Of a DNA stretch of 64,000 nt, positions 13,249-24,362 are shown one piece after another. The stretch is taken from assembly GCA_963555825.3 (NCBI GenBank), contig CAUVXB020000002.1, positions 544,001 through 608,000 of the forward strand, written 5' to 3'. The stretch is from Alphaproteobacteria bacterium. Its GTDB lineage: Bacteria; Pseudomonadota; Alphaproteobacteria; JAAXGF01. The notes below the pieces were generated by a model that saw nothing but the letters and a program-made list of their open reading frames with translations, searched no databases and was not told where the DNA came from. Both the position numbers and the translations under genes were made by a program. The stretch's first letter is position 1; every line of letters begins with the position of its first letter.

Positions 13249-14247
13249 ATGCGTAGACTAATGACAATGGCGATGGCCCTGACCCTGGGCCTCGGACTTG
13301 CGGTCCAGAGCGCCGCGGCGGCCGACGCGGTCACCATCCAGCTCAAATGGGTGACCCAGGCGCAGTTCGCCGGCTATTTCGTCGCCAAGGACAAGGGGCT
13401 CTACGAGGCCGAAGGTCTCGACGTCACGATCAACCCCGGCGGCCCCGACATCTCGCCGCCCCAGGTCATCGTCGGCGGCGGCGCCGACGTGATCATCAAC
13501 TGGATGCCCTCGGCGCTGGCGTCGCGCGAGAAGGGCGTGCCGCTGGTCAACATCGCCCAGCCGTTCAAGCGCTCGGGCATGATGCTGACGTGCCGCAAGA
13601 AGACCGGCATCAAGGGACCGCAGGACTTCCGCGGCAAGACCCTGGGGGTCTGGTTCTTCGGCAACGAGTATCCCTTCCTCAGCTGGATGTCGCGGCTCGG
13701 CATTCCGACCACGGGCGGTGACGACGGCGTCACGGTGCTGAAGCAGGGCTTCAACGTCGATCCGATCCTGCAGAAGCAGGCCGATTGCATTTCGACCATG
13801 ACCTACAACGAGTATTGGCAGGTCATCGACGCCGGCCTTCCGGCCGACGAACTGGTCGTCTTCAAATACGAAGACGAGGGCGTCGCGACACTCGAGGACG
13901 GCCTCTACGTGCTCGAGGACAACCTCGAGGACCCGGCCTTCGTCGACCGCATGGCCCGCTTCGTGCGCGCCACCATGAAGGGCTTCGACTGGGCGCGCGA
14001 GAACCCCAAGGCCGCCGCCCTGATCGTGCTCGACAACGACATGACCGGCGCCCAGACCGAGAAGCATCAGGTGCGCATGATGGGCGAGATCAACAAGCTC
14101 ACGGCAGGCAGCTCCGGCAAACTCGACCCGGCCGACTTCGACCGCACGGTCAACACGCTCTTGTCGGGCGGTTCGGACCCGGTCATCACCAAGGCGCCGA
14201 CCGGCGCCTGGACGCACGCAGTGACCGATAAGGCAGGCTTGATGTAG
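13249..14247 (+). CDS. ABC substrate-binding protein, NMT1/THI5-like (pyrimidine uptake)
   Basis: Signal peptide; QLKWVTQAQFAGY and MTYNEY motifs. Confidence 0.9.
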   Translation: MRRLMTMAMALTLGLGLAVQSAAAADAVTIQLKWVTQAQFAGYFVAKDKGLYEAEGLDVTINPGGPDISPPQVIVGGGADVIINWMPSALASREKGVPLVNIAQPFKRSGMMLTCRKKTGIKGPQDFRGKTLGVWFFGNEYPFLSWMSRLGIPTTGGDDGVTVLKQGFNVDPILQKQADCISTMTYNEYWQVIDAGLPADELVVFKYEDEGVATLEDGLYVLEDNLEDPAFVDRMARFVRATMKGFDWARENPKAAALIVLDNDMTGAQTEKHQVRMMGEINKLTAGSSGKLDPADFDRTVNTLLSGGSDPVITKAPTGAWTHAVTDKAGLM

Positions 14248-14282
14248 GGCGCGCATTGCGCGTTTGAGCTAGTACCAGTTCA

Positions 14283-14309
14283 GGGGGCGGCGCGGGCGCG
14301 CCGTCCCCC
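14283..14309. other. Intercistronic GC-rich stem-loop after the binding-protein gene
   Basis: GGGGGCGGCGCG...CGCGCCGTCCCC dyad with no U-tract. Confidence 0.45.
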
Positions 14310-14320
14310 GAGGCAACTGA

Positions 14321-15796
<1,476 letters not shown>

Positions 15797-15906
15797 CCGG
15801 GCGGATATCGGGCGAACGACTGCGGGGCCGCATCGGCCGCGATGCGACGCCGCAGCCTTTGTTGTGTCCGCGGCCAAATCATGACCGACCGGAGGGGACG
15901 CGACCG

Positions 15907-16356
15907 ATGGGACAGTGGATCTTTCTTCTGATGGCGGTCGCGGCGGGCAGCTGCCTGCCGCTGCAGGCCGGCATCAACACCGGCCTCGCCAAGGGCCTGG
16001 GCCATCCGATCAGCGCCGCCTTCGTCTCCTTCCTCGCCGGCACGACAATCCTGTTCGCCTATGTGCTGGTCGCGCGCCTGCCGCTGCCGGCGCTCGGCCG
16101 GCTGCCGGTGCTGCCGTGGTGGACCTGGATCGGCGGCGGCTTCCTCGGCGCCTATTTCGTCTCGGCGACGATCATCGCGGCGCCCCGGCTCGGCGCCACC
16201 GTGCTGGTCGTGACGATCATCGCCGGGCAGGTCCTGGTCGCCATGCTGCTCGACCACAAGGGCTGGCTGGGCTTCGAGCAACGCCCGATCAGCCTGGGCC
16301 GCATCGCCGGCATCGCCTGCCTGATCGCCGGCGTCTACCTGGCCCGGAGATTTTAG
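15907..16356 (+). CDS. DMT-family (YdcZ-like) small transporter
   Basis: LPLQAGIN, PWWTWIGGGFLGA and APRLGA motifs; hydrophobic, ~149 aa. Confidence 0.85.
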   Translation: MGQWIFLLMAVAAGSCLPLQAGINTGLAKGLGHPISAAFVSFLAGTTILFAYVLVARLPLPALGRLPVLPWWTWIGGGFLGAYFVSATIIAAPRLGATVLVVTIIAGQVLVAMLLDHKGWLGFEQRPISLGRIAGIACLIAGVYLARRF

Positions 16357-16509
16357 AGATTTGTGCGATCGATCAGGATCGGTCCGGTTGTTTCAGCCCG
16401 CGACCGCGGGCCGCCGACCGTTCGGCGGAAGCATGCGCGGCGATTGAGCGCAGGTCAGCTTTGCGTGAGCCAAAGGTGACCGCACAAAAAAAGAAACAGG
16501 AGATAAACC

Positions 16510-17298
16510 ATGAGTGGACGGCTCGAGGGACGGACGGCGATCGTCACCGGCGCGGCGTCGGGCATCGGCCGGGCGATCGCGCTGCGCTTCGCGGCGGAAG
16601 GCGCCATCGTCGTCGTTGCCGATGTCACCCAGACGCCGCGCGAGGGCGGCGAGACGACGCTTGCGCTGGTCGAGGCGGCCGGCGGGCGCGCCGCGTTCGT
16701 CGAGACCGACGTCGCGAGCGACGCCCAGGTCGCGGCGCTGATCGCCGGCGTCACCGAACGACACGGCCGGCTCGACGTCATGGTCAACAACGCCGCGGTC
16801 TCGACCGGCCAGCGCCTGACCGAGACCGAGGAGAAGGATTGGGACCGGGTCATGAGCGTCAACCTCAAGGGCGTCTACCTGTGCTGCCGCCGCGCGGTCG
16901 AGCAGATGCTGCGCCAGGAGCCGCGCGGCGCGGCGGGCAACGAATGTCGCGGGCGCATCGTCAATATCTCGTCGCAGCACGGCATGGTCTCGGCGCCCGG
17001 CGACTTCGCCTACGGCGTGAGCAAGTCGGGCGTCGTCTACATGACGCGCCAGATCGCCGCCGATTACGCCACCGACGGCATCATCTGCAACGCGGTCGCG
17101 CCGGGCAAGATCCTGACCGGCAAGGGCGGCGACGCGGTGACGCCGCAGGCGCTGGCGTATTCGCGCGCGCACACGCCGATGCCGCGCCTCGGCCGGCCCG
17201 AGGACGTCGCCAACGCGGCGCTTTTCTTGGCGAGCGACGAGGCGACCTACATCACCGGCGAGAACCTGATGGTCGACGGCGGCTGGCGCGCCGCCTGA
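16510..17298 (+). CDS. Classical short-chain dehydrogenase/reductase
   Basis: TGAASGIG, NNAA and YGVSK motifs. Confidence 0.92.
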   Translation: MSGRLEGRTAIVTGAASGIGRAIALRFAAEGAIVVVADVTQTPREGGETTLALVEAAGGRAAFVETDVASDAQVAALIAGVTERHGRLDVMVNNAAVSTGQRLTETEEKDWDRVMSVNLKGVYLCCRRAVEQMLRQEPRGAAGNECRGRIVNISSQHGMVSAPGDFAYGVSKSGVVYMTRQIAADYATDGIICNAVAPGKILTGKGGDAVTPQALAYSRAHTPMPRLGRPEDVANAALFLASDEATYITGENLMVDGGWRAA

Positions 17299-17309
17299 CG
17301 ACCCGCATC

Positions 17310-17470
17310 TTTAAACGTAAGCTGTATACCTTTTCCACGAAAATTAAATCGTAAGCATTATATATTCTCTGTCGACATGATGGCGGTGTCGATCGCGGCG
17401 AAGCCGCTTTAAAATATATACTGCTTACGTTTTACTCGCGCGTCTTAAATGTATACCGCTTATGTTTAAA
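17310..17470. repeat. AT-rich palindromic element with four AAACGTAAGCNGTATA-like sites
   Basis: Two direct sites at the left and two inverted sites at the right around central GC hairpins, between convergent genes. Confidence 0.75.
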
Positions 17471-18439
17471 TCAGGCGATGCCGTCGGTGCCGGCGCCGCA
17501 GACGATGGCGGCGATGGTGGCTTCGGGATCGGCCGCGATGCGGCCGGTCTGAACGGCGGCGAGCGCCGCGGCGCCAGAGAGTTCGGCCGCGATGCCGGCC
17601 TCGAACCACAGCCAGCGCGCCGCGGCGCGCATCTCGTCGTCGGTGACCAGCACGATCTCATCGACCTTGGAACGCACGATGTCGAGGTTGATCTCGGCGC
17701 TGCGCCGCGGCGCCAGCGTCACCGCGTCGGTCTCGACCGTTTCCAGCGTGGTCACCACGCCCGCCGCCAGGGCGGTGCTCAGCGTCGGCGCGCCGACCGG
17801 CTCGACGCCGATGACGCGGATGTCGGGCACCATCGCCTTGGCCGCCGTCGCGACGCCCGAGATCAGGCCACCGCCGCCGATCGCAACGACCAGGACGTCG
17901 ATGCCGGGCGACTGTTTGAGCATCTCGCGCCCGACCGTGCCCTGGCCGGCGATGACGGCCGGATCGGCGAAGGGGTGGATGTAGCTCAGCCCGTCGCGCC
18001 AGGCGCGCGCCATTGCGGCCTCGTTGGCGTCGTCCCACAGCGCGCCCTCGATGACCACCTCGGCGCCCCAGGCGCGCAATCTCTCGGCCTTCGCCGCCGG
18101 CACGTTCTCGGACAGATAGATGACCGTTCGTGCGCCCGAGGCGTGCCCGGCATAGGCCACCGCGATGCCGTGGTTGCCGCCCGAGGCGGTGATGATGCCG
18201 CGCCCGAGCGCCGCGGAATCGAGGCCGAGCACGGCGTTGTTGGCGCCACGCGCCTTGAACGAGCCGGTCACCTGCAGGCATTCGAGCTTGAGCAACAACG
18301 GGCCGTCGTGCAGCGGGTTCAAGGTGAAGCGGCTGCGCAGGCACGGCGTGCGGCGCACGCGGCCGGCGATGCGCTCGGCGGCGGCCTCGATATCGTCCAA
18401 GCTAACGCGGGGTGTCTCCGGGGCGGTCTCGGCATCCAT
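17471..18439 (-). CDS. PLP-dependent threonine/serine dehydratase family protein
   Basis: LQVTGSFKARGA, SGGNHG and IGGGGLI motifs. Confidence 0.9.
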   Translation of the reverse strand: MDAETAPETPRVSLDDIEAAAERIAGRVRRTPCLRSRFTLNPLHDGPLLLKLECLQVTGSFKARGANNAVLGLDSAALGRGIITASGGNHGIAVAYAGHASGARTVIYLSENVPAAKAERLRAWGAEVVIEGALWDDANEAAMARAWRDGLSYIHPFADPAVIAGQGTVGREMLKQSPGIDVLVVAIGGGGLISGVATAAKAMVPDIRVIGVEPVGAPTLSTALAAGVVTTLETVETDAVTLAPRRSAEINLDIVRSKVDEIVLVTDDEMRAAARWLWFEAGIAAELSGAAALAAVQTGRIAADPEATIAAIVCGAGTDGIA

Positions 18440-18541
18440 CGCTGATCTCCCAATGGCGCGTTGACAACTTATCGCAAGCGCCCCTGAATAGCGCAAGACA
18501 TGCGGCCGATCGGGTCGAACTAACGATAAGGGAGACACCCC

Positions 18542-19420
18542 GTGTCACGCGACGTCATCGTCACCTGCGCCGTCACCGGCGGCCATCAGATGCACACCAA
18601 GCATCCCGACTATCCGATCACGCCGGCGCAAATCGCCGCGACCTGCCTCGAGGCGCGCCAGGCGGGCGCCGCGATCTGCCACATCCACGTGCGCGAACCC
18701 GAGACCGGCATGCCGACCGGCGAAGTCGCGCTCTACCGCGAGGTGGTCGAGCGCATCCGCGATTCGGGCAGCGACATCTTGATCAACCTGACGACCGGCT
18801 ACGGCGGCCGCTACGTGCCGAGCGCGGACGACCCGCGTGTTGCCGGCCCGGGCACCTCGCTGATGCAGCCCGAGGAACGCGTCGTCCACGTCGAGCAACT
18901 GCTGCCCGATATCTGCAGCCTCGACGTCGGCACCTTCAACTTCGGCGCCGCGGTGTTCATGAACACGCCCGACCACCTGCGCCGCATGGCGACGCGCATT
19001 CAGGCGTCCGGCGTCAAGCCCGAGATCGAGGTCTTCGATTCGGGTCACATCGTCTTCGCCAACGAGATGATCGGCCAAGGCCTGGTCGACGACCCGCCGA
19101 TGTTCCAGCTCTGCCTGGGCATCCCCTACGCCTCGCCGGCGACCGCCGACGCGATGGCCTATATGAGCAGCCTGTTGCCCGACAATGCGCGCTGGAGCGC
19201 CTTCGGCATCTCGCGCCAGCAGTTCCCGATGGTCGGCGAGGCGGTCGCGCGCGGCGGCAACGTGCGCGTCGGGCTCGAGGACAATCTCTACATCGCCAAG
19301 GGCGAGTTCGCGACCAACGCCGGGCTCGTCGAGAAGGCGGTCGACATCATCCGCGAGCACGGCGCAGAGCCCGCCGAACCGGCGCGCGCCAGGGAGATTC
19401 TGGGTCTGCCAGAAGCGTAA
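18542..19420 (+). CDS. Beta-keto acid cleavage enzyme (BKACE/DUF849)
   Basis: TCAVTG, HIHVR and NVRVGLEDN motifs. Confidence 0.9.
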   Translation: MSRDVIVTCAVTGGHQMHTKHPDYPITPAQIAATCLEARQAGAAICHIHVREPETGMPTGEVALYREVVERIRDSGSDILINLTTGYGGRYVPSADDPRVAGPGTSLMQPEERVVHVEQLLPDICSLDVGTFNFGAAVFMNTPDHLRRMATRIQASGVKPEIEVFDSGHIVFANEMIGQGLVDDPPMFQLCLGIPYASPATADAMAYMSSLLPDNARWSAFGISRQQFPMVGEAVARGGNVRVGLEDNLYIAKGEFATNAGLVEKAVDIIREHGAEPAEPARAREILGLPEA

Positions 19421-19471
19421 CCGACACCACCTCGACAGCGTCCGACGCGATCCGGCGGCTTTGCTCGCTAG

Positions 19472-21421
19472 TCAGATCTCGGTCGCGACCTTGAAGCCTT
19501 CGAAGACGGCCTCCTCGGCGGTGCGGGGGCTGAGGCAGTCGCCGATCAGGTGGAGCTCGCCCGGGTAGTCCGCCAGTGCCTGTTCGAGGCCGGTGACCGG
19601 CTCGTGGCCGAGCGACGTGACCAGGGTGTCGATGCCCTCGCAATAGATCGGCTCGCCGCTGGTGGTGTGCTGGAGATAGACGGTGTCGGCGTCGACGCCG
19701 GCGAGGCGCGAATAAGTGACGATGTTGACGCCCAGTTTGTGCAGCTCGCCGACCCAGCGGTCGCGGACGTACTGCTGGATCGACTGGCCCGCCATGCTGC
19801 CGTTGACCGCGAGCGTAACGATGCAGCCGTCGCGCGCCAGCTTTTCGGCGACGCCGAGCCCGATCCAGTCGCAGCGCCAGTCGGCGATGACGACGTTGGT
19901 GCCGACGTTGGCCTCGTCCTTGATGACCTGCCAGGCGTCGACGACGTGGGCGTCGGCGGCACCCTCGATCGGCGGCCGGCGCACCGTCGCGCCGGTCGCG
20001 ACGATGACGACGTCGGGACGCTCGGCGTCGATCAGCGCGCGCGTCACCTCGGTCCCTTTGACGATCTCGACGCCGGCCAGTTCCATCTCGCGCGCGAAGT
20101 TCGTGACGATGCCGCCGAACTCGGCCCGCCCGGGCAGCAGCTGGGCCAAGAGCGCCTGGCCACCGAGCCGGTCGGCGCGCTCGTAGAGCGTCACCCGGTG
20201 GCCGCGTTCGGCCGCCACCGCCGCCGCCTTCATGCCGCCCGGACCGCCGCCGGCGACGAGCACCTTGCGCGGCGTCTCGGCGCGCACCTGTGTGCCGTAG
20301 ACCGTCTCGCGCCCGGACACCGGGTTCTGGATGCACGAGACCGGAAAGCCCTGCCACATATGCCCGATGCACGCCTGATTGCAGGCGATGCAGGCGCGGA
20401 TGTCGTCGAGCCGGCCGGCCGCGGCCTTGCCGGCCATCTCGGGGTCGCAGATCATGGCGCGCGTCATGCCGCACATGTCGGCCTGGCCCGAGGCGACGAT
20501 GCGCTCGGCGACCTGCGGCTGGTTGATGCGTCCGGCGACGAAGACCGGCACCGAGACCCGGGCCTTGATCGCCGCGGCGTAGGGCGCGACATAGCCCGCC
20601 TCGATGTTCATCGGCGGCACGATATGGACCGAGCCGGCCAGCCCGGTCGACGACCCGGCGATGACGTTGAAGTAATCGAGCCCGCCGTCGCTGTCGAGCA
20701 GCACGGTGCTCTCGAGGCTCTCGTCGGGGGTCAGCCCCTCGTGCTCCAGCTCGTCGCCCGAGATGCGCATGCCGACGACCATGTCGCGGCCGATCCCGTG
20801 GCGCACCTCGGCGACGATCTCGCGGTGCAGCCGGAGCCTGTTTTCGAGGCTGCCGCCGTACTCGTCAGCGCGCCGATTGACCCGCGAATTGAGGAACTGG
20901 GAGAGCAGGTAACCTTGGCTGGCCGAGATCTCGACGCCGTCGACGCCCGCCTCACGCATGCGCGCCGCGGCGGCGCCATAACCGGCGACGATCTCGCCGA
21001 TCATCGCCTTCGAAAGCTCGCGTGGCATGACGTGGAAGCGCTCGTTGGGCATCGCCGACGGCGCGAAGGCGACCGGCGCAACGCCGTCGAGGCTACCGAT
21101 ATTCTCGCGTCCCTGGTGGCCGAGCTGGGCAAACAGCTTGCAGCCGTGGGCATGCACGGCCGCCGCGATGCGCGCGTAGCCCGGGATGCAGTCGTCGTCG
21201 TAGAGCTTGATCAGAATCGGGTTGCCGCTCCAGTGGACCGACGCCGATTCGGTGATGATCAGACCGGCGCCGCCGGCCGCCCGCGCAGCGTGATAGGCGA
21301 CCAGCTCGTCGCTCGGCAGGCGGTCGCGCGCCAGCACCGTCATATGCGCGGTCGAGAAGATCCGGTTGCGCAGCGTGATTGGACCGACGACGAGCGGCGA
21401 GAACAGGTTGGGCAGCGGCAT
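19472..21421 (-). CDS. NADH:flavin oxidoreductase (OYE + 4Fe-4S + FAD domains), StcD/DgcA-like
   Basis: LRNRIFSTAH, NRRADEYGGSLENR, CIACNQAC and GGGPGG motifs. Confidence 0.88.
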   Translation of the reverse strand: MPLPNLFSPLVVGPITLRNRIFSTAHMTVLARDRLPSDELVAYHAARAAGGAGLIITESASVHWSGNPILIKLYDDDCIPGYARIAAAVHAHGCKLFAQLGHQGRENIGSLDGVAPVAFAPSAMPNERFHVMPRELSKAMIGEIVAGYGAAAARMREAGVDGVEISASQGYLLSQFLNSRVNRRADEYGGSLENRLRLHREIVAEVRHGIGRDMVVGMRISGDELEHEGLTPDESLESTVLLDSDGGLDYFNVIAGSSTGLAGSVHIVPPMNIEAGYVAPYAAAIKARVSVPVFVAGRINQPQVAERIVASGQADMCGMTRAMICDPEMAGKAAAGRLDDIRACIACNQACIGHMWQGFPVSCIQNPVSGRETVYGTQVRAETPRKVLVAGGGPGGMKAAAVAAERGHRVTLYERADRLGGQALLAQLLPGRAEFGGIVTNFAREMELAGVEIVKGTEVTRALIDAERPDVVIVATGATVRRPPIEGAADAHVVDAWQVIKDEANVGTNVVIADWRCDWIGLGVAEKLARDGCIVTLAVNGSMAGQSIQQYVRDRWVGELHKLGVNIVTYSRLAGVDADTVYLQHTTSGEPIYCEGIDTLVTSLGHEPVTGLEQALADYPGELHLIGDCLSPRTAEEAVFEGFKVATEI

Positions 21422-21504
21422 GACGTTCCTCGCGATGGTGGCGGTCCTCGTCATCGGTGATACCCTACGGCCATGGCAACGGCCTGTCACGAAGGGCAAG
21501 ACGC

Positions 21505-22893
21505 ATGACGCGTGAGGCGGCGATCGCCGGCATCGGCGCGTATTTCGACGACGGCGGGTTCTTCGACGACCTGGCGCGCCGCGTCGCGATTCGCACCGAG
21601 AGCCAGGACCCGGCGCGGCGCGCCGAGCTTTACCGCTATCTGACCGACGAGATGACGCCGAGCCTCGCGGCGCTCGGCTTCGAATGCCGGGTTCATGAGA
21701 ACCCTGCCGCGCATGGCGGACCGTTCCTGGTCGCCCGCCGCCACGAAGGCGACGCGCTGCCGACGGTGATGAGCTACGGCCACGGCGACGTCGTGCTCGG
21801 CTACGACGAGCAATGGCGCGCCGGGCTGAACCCCTGGGTGCTGACCAAGGACGGCGCGCGCTGGTACGGCCGCGGCAGCGCCGACAACAAGGGCCAGCAC
21901 ACGATCAACATCGCCGCGCTTTCGCAGGTGCTGGCGGAACGAGGCTCGCTCGGCTTCAACGCCATCATGCTGATCGAGACCGGCGAGGAGGCCGGCTCGC
22001 CGGGCTTGCGCGAGTTCTGCGCCGCCAACGCGGCGCTGTTCACCGCCGACGTCTTCATCGCGTCCGACGGGCCCAGGCTCGCGCCCGACCGGCCGACCAT
22101 CTTCATGGGCTCGCGCGGCACCATGAACTTCGACCTCACGGTCGATCTGCGCGAGGGCGGCCACCATTCGGGCAATTGGGGCGGCTTGCTCGCCAACCCG
22201 GGTATCATCCTGGCCCATGCGATCGCCAGCCTGACCACGGCGAGCGGTGAAATCCTGGTGCCCGAATGGCGCCCGCCGCCGATCCCGGGCTCGGTGCGCG
22301 ACGCGATCGCCGGGCTCGAGATCGACGGCGGCGAGAACGCGCCGGCGATCGACCCCGATTGGGGCGAACCGGGGCTGAGCGCGGCCGAGAAGGTGTTCGC
22401 CTGGAACACCTTCGAGGTGCTCGCCTTCACGACCGGCAATCCAGAACACCCGGTCAACGCCGTGCCGCCGCGCGCCAGCGCGACCTGTCACATGCGCTAT
22501 GTCGTGCCGAGCCTGGCCGAGGATTTCGTGCCGGCGCTGCGCCGCCACCTCGACGAACGGGGTTTCGCCATGGTCGAGATCACGCCCCAAGAGGACAACA
22601 TGGCGGCGACCCGCCTCGACCCCGACCACCCCTGGGCGCGCTGGGCGGTCGCCTCGATCGAGGCGAGTACGGGCAAAGCCTGCGCGGTGCTGCCCAACCT
22701 GGGCGGCTCGCTGCCCAACGACGTGTTTTCCGAGCTGCTCGGCCTGCCGACCATCTGGGTGCCGCATTCCTACGCGTCGTGCTCGCAGCACGCGCCAAAC
22801 GAACACATCCTGGATCACGTCTCGCGCGAGGCGCTCGGGATCATGACCGGCCTGTTCTGGGACCTGGGCGCCCCCGGCACGCCGGGACGCTGA
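21505..22893 (+). CDS. M20-family metallopeptidase/amidohydrolase
   Basis: YGHGDV, GRGSADNKGQ, GEEAGS and HAPNE motifs. Confidence 0.9.
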   Translation: MTREAAIAGIGAYFDDGGFFDDLARRVAIRTESQDPARRAELYRYLTDEMTPSLAALGFECRVHENPAAHGGPFLVARRHEGDALPTVMSYGHGDVVLGYDEQWRAGLNPWVLTKDGARWYGRGSADNKGQHTINIAALSQVLAERGSLGFNAIMLIETGEEAGSPGLREFCAANAALFTADVFIASDGPRLAPDRPTIFMGSRGTMNFDLTVDLREGGHHSGNWGGLLANPGIILAHAIASLTTASGEILVPEWRPPPIPGSVRDAIAGLEIDGGENAPAIDPDWGEPGLSAAEKVFAWNTFEVLAFTTGNPEHPVNAVPPRASATCHMRYVVPSLAEDFVPALRRHLDERGFAMVEITPQEDNMAATRLDPDHPWARWAVASIEASTGKACAVLPNLGGSLPNDVFSELLGLPTIWVPHSYASCSQHAPNEHILDHVSREALGIMTGLFWDLGAPGTPGR

Positions 22894-23060
22894 GCGGCGG
22901 CGGGCGATCGGGCTCACCCGACACTATCGGTGATTCAGTTGTCGCCAGCTTTCGAAGCCGTCCGGTCTCGAAAACCTTCGTCCCCTCGCCGCACTCAAGC
23001 AGTGCAACACCAACAATGACGAGAAGGGCGTCGCGCAATTACTAGGCCGTCTCGCCCGTT

Positions 23061-23948
23061 TTATCGCTCGGCGTACTGATTGCGTCTGGGTGTATTGCCG
23101 TCCGATGCGGATGGCGGTCGCCGCTCGAAAAGTTCCGGATGGGGATAGATGAGCTCGGTTTGCCGTGTAACCAGATCGTTGCGCTCGACATAGCGCCAGA
23201 TCGCCTTGACGGTATTGGTTTCGAATTGTCCGCGATGCCGCGCTGCCGCGGGATGATCATCGAAGAAGACGTTTGATCGGGTCATCGTGGCCAGCATCTG
23301 CTTGAGCGGCGAAAGGTGAATCATGGTGCCTCGGTAGCCGAGCCGTTGGTAGAGCGCCTGCGCCTCGTGGCGTTGCGTGATCGACATGCCGACGAGGTCA
23401 CCCTGCGCGGCGGCGAGGATTTCCAGCAGCCACTGGTTCGAGTTCTGATACTTCGTGCTGAACGGGTTGGCCACGGTGCTGTACGCGCGATGGTAGAAGC
23501 GACGCGCGTAACCCGCCTCGATTCGCGCCACGATCGCCTCTTGGAGCCGGCTGTCGAGCTCGAGAATGAGTATGTCCAGCGCGAAGGGGTCATCCAAGAG
23601 GAAGTTCAGCAAGCCTTGATCATAGATGTGTCCGATGTCGCGACCACAGGTGTTCAGCAAATGCACCAGCCCCCAACGGCCCTTCGGGTGATCGCGCCAG
23701 ACGAAGCCGATATGCGTGTAGCGCAAGCCGTACTCGCTCACGTCGCTGCCGACCCGCGCGATGAGGGCCAGTTCGGGGTTCGCCCTGTCGAGCTCGCGGT
23801 AAATCTGGACGGCCCATTCCGCGCGCCGCGCCAACTCTTCGCCCGAGATCGGCGCGGCCGTGCAGCCACCGCCGGCCATCGCCGGCGTCATCGCACTCAA
23901 CATCGCGATGCCGGCGCAGGCCAGCGCCTTGGCGATGCGGGAAATCAT
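23061..23948 (-). CDS. DUF2145-family exported protein
   Basis: ARVGSDVSEYGLRYTHIG, HLLNTC and YQNSNQWLLE motifs. Confidence 0.8.
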   Translation of the reverse strand: MISRIAKALACAGIAMLSAMTPAMAGGGCTAAPISGEELARRAEWAVQIYRELDRANPELALIARVGSDVSEYGLRYTHIGFVWRDHPKGRWGLVHLLNTCGRDIGHIYDQGLLNFLLDDPFALDILILELDSRLQEAIVARIEAGYARRFYHRAYSTVANPFSTKYQNSNQWLLEILAAAQGDLVGMSITQRHEAQALYQRLGYRGTMIHLSPLKQMLATMTRSNVFFDDHPAAARHRGQFETNTVKAIWRYVERNDLVTRQTELIYPHPELFERRPPSASDGNTPRRNQYAER

Positions 23949-24244
23949 GAGCTCTCTCCATGATAGCTGCTGTGCACGAGAGAATGACCGATCTCATTGG
24001 GGACGAAGGCCAACACCTCGCTGCCCTGGTAGAGAACGTGGCCGGCTGCCGTCGAAACGACCGCTATCGATTGACCGACGCCGATGGCCGACGCGCCCAG
24101 CGCTTCGCCCGCTCCGGTCAATACGATGTGGCTTGCTTCGCCGACGCCCTTGAGGACGATCACCACGCTTTCGCCGACCACCTTGACCGATTCGACGACC
24201 AGCTGCCCGCCGGCGACCAGAATTTCGCTGGATCCGCGCACCAC
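23945..24244 (-). pseudogene. 3' remnant of the small hypothetical gene upstream of DUF2145, 5' end removed by IS21
   Basis: Val/Gly-rich ORF ending LAFVPNEIGHSLVH; overlaps the DUF2145 start (ATGA) and abuts the IS21 IRL. Confidence 0.65.
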
Positions 24245-24362
24245 TGAGAACGGCAGAGCAATAATCCCCCACTGAAGCGGCCGGTCGATCCGGCTGCGGC
24301 GGACCAAAATGGGACCGCGTATAGCCTTCTGTCAGGGTTGTTCTGACTGGAAGGCGGGGGGG

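Noticed and set aside
17310-17470. dif/Xer site
   Set aside because: Does not fit the 28-bp XerC-6 bp-XerD (TTATGTTAAAT) layout despite a TTATGTTTAAAT resemblance at the right end. The four-site symmetry suggests something else.
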